NCBI RefSeq assembly: GCF_040938485.1
Contig: NW_027272137.1
Coordinates: forward strand, 1,116,001-1,180,000
Source: Diadema antillarum
Taxonomy: Eukaryota
Direction of reading: 5' to 3'
DNA: 64,000 bases
Under the pieces are notes generated by a model. It had not been told where the DNA came from and made no database searches. It saw nothing but the letters and a program-made list of their open reading frames with translations. The stretch's first letter is position 1; each line of letters opens with the position of its first letter. Position numbers and translations under genes: made by a program. Below, piece after piece: positions 54,674-64,000 of the stretch.

Positions 54674-54920
54674 GGCTGCGTTCACATAGAAGTATACTAT
54701 TCGGGTATTCGGGGCTAGTTTTCGAGGGCAGCGAATAGCTTGAATCGAACAATAGGATTTCCTCACACCGGTTCACATAGGAGGGCACTATTCGAAAGTA
54801 TCGAATAGCTGTGAAGAGTATAGCAAAGTGGGAATCGAGCTTGTTCGATTTTCTTGCAGCGTATACCGTCTCTCGTTTATGAAATAATGACAATTTTGGT
54901 CTGGATTTGCCCTTTAGCAA
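54674..54920 (+). mobile_element. Family-A MITE, truncated copy A2
   Basis: Left TIR plus about 245 bp, breaking off after CCCTTTAGCAA. Confidence 0.85.
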
Positions 54921-54998
54921 TAAGTACACATAAGTACAAATGACCTTTCTTTTTTTCTCAGTTGGTCAGACACTTCACTCGTTTTCAAAGCTACATAA

Positions 54999-55451
54999 GG
55001 CTGCGTTCACATAGAAGTATATTATTCGGGTATTCGGGCTCGTTTTTCGAGGGCACGCGAATAGCTTGAATCGAACGATAGGATTTCCTCACACCGGTTC
55101 ACATAAGAGGGCACTATTCGAAAGTACGAATAGCTGCGAAAAGTATAGCAAAGTGGGAATCGAACTTGTTTGATTTTCTTGCAGCGTATACCGTCTCTCG
55201 TTTATGAAATAATGACACTTTTGGTCTGAATTTGCCCTTAAGCAAAAATAAGCATGTAGACTGACATTCTGATGCAGTTTAGAAATTGTTAATAAGATTT
55301 GCTGGGATGTGGGATGTAGGAGGAAGAAATCCTCACTGCATGGGATGGTGAGTTGACGGTGCGGGTGGCGGTGTATTCGGTGCCCGAATACCGAATAGCG
55401 AATAGCGAATAGCGAATACCGAATACCGAATACTTCTATGTGAACGCAGCC
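54999..55451 (+). mobile_element. Family-A MITE, copy A3
   Basis: Both TIRs present; flanks TAA / TCA. Confidence 0.9.
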
Positions 55452-55800
55452 TCATGCATAGGCTTACCCGATCTAACAATTTCTGGAATTCGTGTTCAGA
55501 CGAAGTATGAACTTGAGTTTAGACCAGGTGACCAGAGTATTCCGTCAGTTGACATTTTAGCACGCATTTATTTCATTATTTTGCATTGAATGCAATAAGT
55601 TAACAACCTTTTTCTTTTGATATCGCCAAATACCAGGCTTGCTGTCAGGTGGATGTCCTGGCAAGCAACGCTTAGATAATGATCGCATGAATAATCATCA
55701 CATCACAGATGCTTATCTCACAGTGAATGCACCAAAATGCCTGTTGGTCCAATGACCTTTTTGTGCTCATGCGCAAAGTGGAATTACAAACCGGTCTTCA

Positions 55801-56246
55801 GGCTGCGTTCACATAGAAGTATACTATTCGGGTATTCGGGCTCGTTTTTCGAGGGCACGCGAATAGCTTGAATCGAACGATAGGATTTCCTCACACCAGT
55901 TCACATAGGAGGGCACTATTCGAAAGCACCGAATAGCTGCGAAAAGTATAGCAAAGTGGGAATCGAGCTTGTTCGATTTTCTTGCAGCGTATACCGTCTC
56001 TCGTTTATGAAATAATGACAATTTTGGTCTGGATTTGCCCTTTAGCAAAAATAAGCATGCAGACTTGACATTCTGATGCTGTTTAGATTGTTAATAAGAT
56101 TTGCTGGGATGTAGGAGGAAGAAATCCTCACTGCATGGGATGGTGAGTTGACGGTGCGGGTGATGGTGTATTCGGTGCTCGAATACCGAATACCGAATAC
56201 CGAATACCGAATACCGAATACCGAATACTTCTATGTGAACGCAGCC
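55801..56246 (+). mobile_element. Family-A MITE, copy A4
   Basis: Both TIRs present; flanks TCA / TTA. Confidence 0.9.
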
Positions 56247-56872
56247 TTAAGAAGGAATGAAGGTGATGAAAGAGAAATAGAGTAGAGGTCAATGAAACTG
56301 TGTGAAAGAAAAGAATCTAAACAAACTAAACTAGATAGCGAATTGAGACTGGAAAGAAAGATATAACCCAAAGAAAACTCTACTATCAATTTTACTGCCT
56401 TACACGAGTATCAAAGTTTCATTCACACTACGAACTAAAATTGTAGGTCGCCTATCAGGTGTATCTTTCAGTAGATCTCGCTCTTTCTTCTCACTTGGTG
56501 TCACTGAATGCATTCAAGTTTTTTTAAGCTTAAAATAAATAGGCTAGTTTACTATTGTGTTTTCAACTTCATGGGTTTCAACGTCATGGATACTCTCTCC
56601 ATTGTACCAAGCTGTTCCACCCGCCCGCAAAACATCTTCAATGCATTTATACTATGCTTAGAATGTATTTTGCACCCATTAGTTGTTTGTATATGTCGTG
56701 CAAGGCTCAGACCGACTATGTAACGTATTACAATAATGTGGATGTTTCTTTTCCTACCCAGCTTAGTAACAAGCATATCATTCACCTGCTCCCTTCCATT
56801 TAGTTCTACAGGCAGGAATTTGCTTAGTTGCTGCTAGGAAGGGCAAGCCTCCGGTGAGATTTGTGGTTGTTA

Positions 56873-57311
56873 GGCTGCGTTCACATAGAAGTATACTATT
56901 CGGGTATTCGGGCTCGTTTTTCGAGGGCACGCGAATAGCTTGAATCGAACGATAGGATTTCCTCACACCGGTTCACATAGGAGGGCACTATTCGAAAGTA
57001 CGAATAGCTGCGAAAAGTATAGCAAAGTGGGAATCGAGCTTGTTCGATTTTCTTGCAGCGTATACCGTCTCTCGTTTATGAAATAATGACACTTTTGGTC
57101 TGGATTTGCCCTTTAGCAAAAATAAGCATGCAGACTGACATTCTGATGCAGTTTAGAAATTGTTAATAAGATTTGCTGGGATGTAGGAGGAAGAAATCCT
57201 CACTGCATGGGATGGTGAGTTGACGGTGCGGGTGATGGTGTATTCGGTGCCCGAATAGCGAATAGCGAATAGCGAATACCGAATACCGAATACTTCTATG
57301 TGAACGCAGCC
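56873..57311 (+). mobile_element. Family-A MITE, copy A5
   Basis: Both TIRs present; flanks TTA / TCA. Confidence 0.9.
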
Positions 57312-57346
57312 TCAGGCACTTCATTCATTTTCAAAGCGACATACTA

Positions 57347-57454
57347 GGCGTTTTCACATCAGCCCGATGTTTCGAAATAGCGCGCTATTTTCTGACTTGG
57401 GAAGTTAAAAAATATCTCGAGCTTGGATTTTTATCGGGCTGATGTGAAAACGCC
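57347..57454. mobile_element. Family-C mini-MITE (108 bp)
   Basis: TIRs GGCGTTTTCACATCAGCCCGAT / ATCGGGCTGATGTGAAAACGCC. Confidence 0.8.
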
Positions 57455-57737
57455 TATAATGACTTAGATCTCCCGACCAAACAGTAAACTATTTTTGGCA
57501 TTCGTGTACAAACAAAGAATTAACTAAGGTATAGACCAGGTGACCACAATGGTCCGTCAATTAACATCTCGGCAGGCATCTGTCTCATTGTTTTGTATTG
57601 AATGCATTGATAAGCGTTTTCGATTTAGGTCCTTGAGATTGCCAAATACCATGGCTTGCTGTCAGGTGGGCTGTGCTAGTAAGCACCGTTTATATGGTTA
57701 CATGAATAATTATTACATCACAAATGTTCATCTCAGT

Positions 57738-57898
57738 GGCCCGAATTCTCAAAGCTGGAATAACTATTTCGCGGAATAGTTATTCCGGGGAATAAATCGC
57801 GTCATTTTAGGTCACGAGGGCCTGATTTGCAAAAGAGGCGTAATAAATCGGCGGAATAAGCGGTGTAATAAAGTATTCCACCTTTGAGAATTCGGGCC
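57738..57898. mobile_element. Family-D Harbinger-like mini-MITE (161 bp)
   Basis: TIRs GGCCCGAATTCTCAAAG / CTTTGAGAATTCGGGCC with a 3-bp TSD AGT; absent from the paralogous segment near 55730. Confidence 0.85.
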
Positions 57899-58536
57899 AG
57901 TGAGTTTAAAAACCAAGATGCTTGATTATACAAATGACATTTTTTGTTTTGTTTTGTTTTTTGCTCATGCGCATAGTGGAACCAGTCCGATGAGTCTCCG
58001 CCCACTTCCGCTTTGACAGAGTAGGTGGCATTTTGACTTTACTCTCATTTCATTGGCTCTTTGGAACAATGGCCACCGACTGCCTGGACATCACTCCCCC
58101 TTCGCTATGTCCGTAGGAGGTTCAGATTTGAGCTTGAATGTGAGATAGTCGGGTCAACGTACGAGAAGCCAAATTCTGATGTAGATCGAAGGCACTTTGG
58201 ATCTCGGCAAATATCACAATCACCTTCCCGCTGCCAGACTTTCTATACTAAATCACAACCGCCACCACCTCCGCTACCGCCACCACCTCCGCCAGAGTTA
58301 CCGCCACCACCTCCACCACTTGACAGGACCTACATTGTTTTGAGCAGTTCAGCCTAACAGCTAAGACATCAGGACCACATAGATCTATTTCAACCTGGCC
58401 ATCCTTTGCTCGTCTTCTCCGAAAAGCTCAATACTTATTACATGCATTATTGTTTTTTTTTTATAATTTGTTTAGAAGGCATCAGTTCCTGAAAACATTG
58501 TCACGAGATCAAATCAGACAGGGTTAGCTCTTAGAG

Positions 58537-60816
58537 ATGACGGGTCGCGGGAAAGGTGCCAAGGCTAAGTCTGCCAAGCAAACCACCCGAAGCTCCAGGG
58601 CTGGTCTCCAGTTCCCCGTCGGCAGAATACATCGGTTCCTACGCAAAGGTAATTTAGATTTATGCTTTCACACGTCTTAGGCTTTGCACTGTGACAAAAT
58701 GAAAATAGATATCCATCTAGAAATTCTATCTAGAACTCTAGTTCTAGCTGAAGGGAAAACGTGTGAATTGTGTAGCTGATCGATTTTTTCCTTGTAAATT
58801 AAGGTCATAAAGAATAAATTAATCTTATTGCAGGAAATGAGCACTAAAATGACGTTGCAAAAAATGAATGTGTAATGTTTGTTGATTACGTTATGTTCGT
58901 TTTTTGCATAGGCTGCGTTCACATAGAAGTATACTATTCGGGTATTCGGTGCTCGTTTTCGAGGGCACGCGAATAGCTCGAATCGAACGATAGGATTTCC
59001 TCACACCGGTTCACATAAGAGGGCACTATTCGAAAATGTCGAATAGCTGCGAATAGTACAGCATAGTGGGAATCGCGCTTGTTCGATTTTCGAGCAGCGT
59101 ATACCATCTTTCGTTTATGAAATGATGAAAATTTTGGTCTGGATTTGCCCTTTAGCAAAAATAGGCATGTAGACTGACATTCTGATGCAGTTTAGAAGTT
59201 GTCAATAAGATTTGCTGGGATGTAGGAGGAAGAAATCCTCACTGCATGGGGTGGTGAATTGACGGTGCGGGTGATAGTGCATTGGGTGCCCGAATAGCGA
59301 ATAGCGAATAGCGAATACCGAATAGCGAATACCGAATACCGAATACTTCTATGTGAACGCAGCCTAAGGCTGCGTTCACATAGAAGTATACTATTCGGGT
59401 ATTCGGGCTTGTTTTTCGAGGGCACGCGAATAGCTTGAATCGAACGATAGGATTTCCTCACACCGGTTCACATAGGAGGGCACTATTCGAAAGTACCGAA
59501 TAGCTGCGAAAAGTATAGCAAAGTGGGAATCGAACTTGTTCGATTTTCTTGCAGCGTATACCGTCTCTCGTTTATGAAATAATGACAATTTTGGTCTGGA
59601 TTTGCCCTTTAGCAAAAATAAGCATGTAGACTGACATTCTGATGCAGTTTAGAAATTGTTCATAAGATTTGCTGGGATGTAGGAGGAAGAAATCCTCACT
59701 GCATGGGATGGTGAGTTGACGGTGCGGGTGATGGTGTATTCGGTGCTCGAATAGCGAATACCGAACACCGAATACCGAATACCGAATACCGAATACTTCT
59801 ATGTGAACGCAGCCTAAGGAAATCCTATTGTGCGATTCAAGCTATTCGCGTGCCCTCGAAAACGCGCACCGTATACCCGAATATACTCCTATATGTGAAC
59901 CCAGCCTTGTGACATGGTATTCCAGCAAGTCTGTAGAGAGAATCCTGGAGGAATTGTTGCATAAAATGGGTGTCACTGGTTAACNNNNNNNNNNNNNNNN
60001 NNNNNNNNNNNNNNNNNNNNNNNNNNNNNNNNNNNNNNNNNNNNNNNNNNNNNNNNNNNNNNNNNNNNNNNNNNNNNNNNNNNNNNNNNNNNNNNNNNNN
60101 NNNNNNNNNNNNNNNNNNGGTAAGTTTAATTTATAAGATACCGATATTCTATACCCATGAGAATGTGCAGCTTTTTATTCTATAAAACATGATCATGAAT
60201 ATATACAGGTATAAGGTAACATAGTTGGATATATTTTTTTTTTCATTTTCTTTTTAGGTTTATAAATTAATATGTGGATTTTTGAAGAAACGGGCGCAAT
60301 TTACGTAAATTTAGTGGATATATTCTATTACTGTATACTGGGTGTAAAGATTTCTGTGTTTATCAAATGCATTAATGTTATGTGTGTTTTGTCTTGTGTG
60401 TCATTTTGAAATGTGTGCTCTATTTATGTGTAATTATTTTATGCCACTTGATTTATTAAGATTTTCCATTTAATGGACGATAAATAAATTGAAATGAAAT
60501 GATCTTGCATGGTATTCTAAGGAGTCGTAGACGGAACCCTGAATGATTGCATAATTCAAAGTGAAATGGGTGTCCCTGATCTATGCATCTCTCCCCCGTT
60601 TCCTCTTTGACAGGCCAATACGCCGGACGGATCGGGGGAGGAGCGGCCGTCTACCTTGCAGCAGTCCTGGAGTACCTGTCTGCCGAAATACTCGAACTGG
60701 CGGGAAATGCTGCGCGAGACAACAAGAAAGCGCGGATCGTTCCTCGTCATCTTCAGCTTGCCATAAGGAATGACGAAGAACTTAACAAACTTCTCAGCCA
60801 CGTAACCATTGCCTCG
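58537..60816 (+). CDS. H2A: Histone H2A variant, intron-containing; C-terminal exon not found in window
   Basis: Exon 58537-58648 encodes [37 protein letters not shown] (G|GTAATT). Exon 60614-60816 encodes [68 protein letters not shown] (TCG|GTGAGC). The phases are compatible. No GGVLPNI exon was found before 64000. Confidence 0.93.
58911..59364 (+). mobile_element. Family-A MITE, copy A6 (H2A intron 1)
   Basis: Both TIRs present; flanks ATA / TAA; slightly more diverged than the other copies. Confidence 0.9.
59368..59814 (+). mobile_element. Family-A MITE, copy A7, head-to-tail with A6
   Basis: Shares a single TAA with A6; flanks TAA / TAA. Confidence 0.9.
59818..59906 (-). mobile_element. 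Family-A diverged left-end fragment A8 (inverted)
   Basis: AATCCTATTGTGCGATTCAAGCTATTCGCGTGCCCTCGAAAA ... ATGTGAACCCAGCC. Confidence 0.75.
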
Positions 60817-61041
60817 GTGAGCACAAATTTCGCTTTATCTCTCGTGGATCGGGGTGAATAGAGAGGGGAATGTTATCAAAGAAATAAACACTCTCATGTA
60901 ATTATTTTATTGTAAAAATAAAGTTGAACTTGTGATCTTGCATATAGTCAGGATTTAATCTGTCCTCCACTCGGTGTTCGCCTCTCTCTCTCTACGGAAG
61001 CTAATACACTCGTGAAACTGTACCATCCAAATTGCATGAAT

Positions 61042-61338
61042 AGGAAGCTTTAGATTTTGACGCGCGGACGTTTGAGACGACGAGTGCGCTGGACGTTCTC
61101 CTCTCCCCTGCGTCGGGTAGAAAAGTAGATTACGCTGGGACGCAACCACCAAACGCAACGTATAAAAAATAAAATCGCGCCCCCATGTGATCAGTGCATG
61201 AAGTAGTTGCAAACTGTGCGGACGTATAAATAGCCCAGTACGCGTATTGAAAAACTCAGATTGACGCACGCTCAGAACATGTTTTTTTTTTTTTTTTTCC
61301 CCTCTGAACGTCCGCGCGTCTATAATCTAAAGCTCCCT
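61042..61338. mobile_element. Harbinger-like MITE in H2A intron 2
   Basis: TIRs AGGAAGCTTTAGATTTTGACGCGCGGACGTT / AACGTCCGCGCGTCTATAATCTAAAGCTCCCT with a 3-bp TSD AAT. Confidence 0.8.
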
Positions 61339-62680
61339 AATATGAACGATAGATTACGGCAAATTTTCTTACCATTGTTTCCTTTTTGATTTGGCTGATA
61401 ATTGTAACTAATATCAGCAGGGTGTCACCGTCAATAAAGGGCGATCCCAGTTCCGCATAGATGGTAGACTGCCTTGTTGGCAAGTGTGCGGAGAGTTCAA
61501 AACAAATACACAACAAGAATGAGAATAGGCTTGTGCTCATAAGGTTGTACGAAAATACGCGAGGTAACGACACAAGGGAAATTATGCAAATGCGCACCTG
61601 AGAGAATCTCGGCTTACAGGTTTCCTTCTCACTTAATAAACGACAAAATATAAGTGGCATCCGCTTGTCGTTCATCCGTTGAAAGGTTTGTAATGTCGAG
61701 TTTCGTGGGCAGTCTGATATCAGGTGGGAAATATTACGTATAAGAGCGATTAATCCACTGCCGAAAGGCAAGAAAATAAGATATAAGCAAAACCAGCAAT
61801 TTCAGAAAATGTTAACAAAACTTTGCCTTTCTTTGGGATTCATTATGGGGAAAAAGTAAATGATTTTGGGTGGCTTGACATAATTTGCATTAACACAATT
61901 TATTGCAAAATCAATGTTCTATTATAATTTGAATTGAATACATCTAGCCAGGGTCGTATCTATTCATTCATGTTTTTTTCATGTTCTTTAAGAAATACAG
62001 GGTAGGCACATTCAATTTGCTAACTGCTTTACAATCGGACACCATGGGGGGGGGGGGGGGGGAGGGAGAAGGGAGAGGGGGAGGGGATATGTTTAACTTT
62101 AGCAGGTCTCGATAATTTTGACTGATGCTATAGGAAAAATACATTTTGAGTGTCGACACAGTGCCCTACATGGCGGCTTGTGATCATGGGCGTAAATCCC
62201 GGGGGATGGGGGGGGGGGGGGATCCCCCCTGAAATGGAGGAGGGGGGATGGCCTGTACAATCATCCCCCCCCCCGAAGTTTGAGAGAAAAAAATGGAGGA
62301 AGCAGAAATGTGATTGTATCAATTTTGGCATATTGCATGACGTTCGTACGCCCGCCTTCAGACAGGTAACAGAGCTGAACAGTATAATCTATCTTGTAGG
62401 ATAATGTATACATAATTTTCTCAAGCGCTCGCTCACTTCGCTCGCTCGCGAAGAAAGTATATCGACATAAGGTGTGATCCAGACGTTGACAACATCAAAT
62501 AGCATAGGCTTATATGTAAACATGCTATGACGCGAGCAACTCGGGACCATCTGCAAATTATGTACGAAAACAAACAATAACAAAAACTATACCGCCATAA
62601 TTGAACCCCCCCTCCATTTCCTGAATCATTCCTGAAACGATGATGACTCTGATACATCTATGGGCATACCCAGGGATGAT

Positions 62681-64000
62681 CAGGGGCGTCGAATCTATCT
62701 CGGGGGAACCTACGGAACCTACCTACCTACCTACCTTACCTACGGAAATGTTGGGGGCAGACAAATCATTTGTCCCCCAAGCAGCTGCCAAGCAATTCCC
62801 GAGATGAGGACAAATCTCGAACTTTCTTTATGGAAAATTGTCCAACTACCTCCAGAACTATGCACCGGATCTTTGTATTGCAATCATAAATATGCAAAAG
62901 CTCCGCTACTGGGTCCCTCTCGATAAACTTTGTACACTTTTGAGATCGACGTATTTCCTATATATTTTATCAAAGAGTGTGCAGCAGATCTTTCACTTAC
63001 AAAAGCTCCCTCATATGCAGAGGCGTCAATAGAGGGAGAGGGGGATGGTTCCCCCATAAAAGTATTGGGGACAAACATATCATTTTGCTCCTCCTCGTAA
63101 TTCCCGAGATGTGGAAATGTTTTTTTTTTCTTTTTTGATAGAAAGCAGTCTAAATATTTCACCAAAAGATGGCTGAATTTCAATTCTGAAAATACAAAAT
63201 CTCCCTCGGGTAAGAGGGGGATAGGCCTAACCCCTTCCATACCCTCCCCTTTCAGTCCTTTCTACTTAATACACTTTAGATTGACAGATTTTCAAATGTT
63301 TCATCTAAAGTGTGCACCAGGTCTGTTACTTCAGTTTAAAAAAAATGCAAATGTTCCATGGGTGAGAGAAGATATCTAGATACTTTCAATTAACGGAGGG
63401 TTCCCCCCTAAAAAAATAGTATACACTTCTGGGATTGAAATTTTCCCAGATTACATCATTATGTGTTTACGACATATTTTCATCTGAATTCTAAAAATGC
63501 AAAAGCACCCTCGTATGCAGGGGCGTCGATCCTGGAGGACGGGGAGCGCGGACAGGGGAAGAGGGGAGGGGCAAACATATCATTATGATCCCCAATGATT
63601 CCCGAAATGAGGAAAATTTTCTTGCGTTTTTGATAGAAAACTGGAAGGGTGGTGTTAGCAGCACTCGACCACGCCTTCTCCCTGCTCGCCCGTCCCCTCC
63701 CCCTCCCCCCCCCCCGCCCCTATATGCATACAAGTAGACTGTGGTTACATTTTGAACATATGCCACAAAATGTGTGCACAAAAACGTTTAAATGCAATCA
63801 GAAAATACAGAATCTCCCTCGTGTAGGAAGGGGAATAGGGAATAGGGCTTATCCCCTCCCACCTTCTCTGATTGACAAATTTCCAGATATTCCAACAAAA
63901 GTGTGCACCAGATTGTTGAATGTCAGTTCAAACTGAAAAAAGCTCCCTCGAATATGGGAGACGTATCTTGCCATCCTCGTATTGCTTGGTCCCCTCTATA
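62681..64000 (+). repeat. Degenerate ~350-500-bp tandem modules built from CAGGGGCGTC-type MITE heads
   Basis: CAG(G/A)GGCGTC at about 62681, 63018 and 63518; TTCCCGA(G/A)ATG at about 62797, 63101 and 63599; AAAAGC(T/A)CCCTC at about 63001, 63502 and 63938. Confidence 0.5.

Noticed and set aside
58061-58357. 98-aa proline-rich ORF upstream of H2A
   Set aside because: Non-ATG start; the poly-Pro comes from a short CCGCCACCA repeat; no in-frame splice to H2A is possible without stops.
53314-59615. Recurring ORFs [20 protein letters not shown]... (53314, 54612, 55824, 58934, 59391) and MRKSY... ORFs
   Set aside because: These are readings of the same MITE interior; they start at non-ATG codons or vary in length, and contain no transposase motif.
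53115-59906. Repeat-spacer-repeat appearance resembling a CRISPR array
   Set aside because: The repeats are ~450-bp TIR elements with irregular spacing (3 bp to 1.6 kb) in a spliced eukaryotic locus; no cas genes.
58537-60816. Assignment of the H2A gene as H2A.Z or macroH2A
   Set aside because: The sequence keeps canonical-type [19 protein letters not shown] and NAARDNKK and lacks H2A.Z or macroH2A signatures apart from VTIAS; the variant class is left open.
63648-63656. GGTGGTGTT (Gly-Gly-Val) as the missing third H2A exon
   Set aside because: It continues SSTRP rather than LPNI, has no pyrimidine tract and lies within a repeat module.

Overview
AT-rich, intron-rich animal DNA from a draft assembly with six N-gaps. 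It is probably echinoderm, since histone H4 carries Cys73. Five protein-coding genes could be built by hand from splice sites and reading frames. (1) A PR/SET-domain, AT-hook, C2H2 zinc-finger gene on the minus strand: 8 exons, ATG at 11312, running off the left edge. (2) Head-to-head with it across 282 bp, a complete 6-exon proteasome beta-1 gene (PSMB6, 11595-22850). (3) A 2-exon GT8 xyloside xylosyltransferase-like gene (XXYLT1-like, minus, 40174-45444) with several active-site substitutions. (4) An intron-containing histone H4 gene with no histone stem-loop (minus, 49592-52624). (5) Divergent from it, an intron-containing variant histone H2A (plus, from 58537; the last exon was not found in the window). 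The H4/H2A pair resembles sea-urchin cleavage-stage replacement histone genes. Their shared upstream region and H2A intron 1 are a MITE hotspot: 8 copies of one ~450-bp PIF/Harbinger-like family plus four related elements in 6.8 kb, partly inserted into an older triplicated unit. The rest is typical transposon debris (Sola2-, hAT-, Kolobok-, Tc1/pogo- and Helentron/DINE-1-like elements, L2/CR1 LINE ends, a Penelope-like foldback) and microsatellites. All coordinates and alignments were read by eye; no database searches were run.
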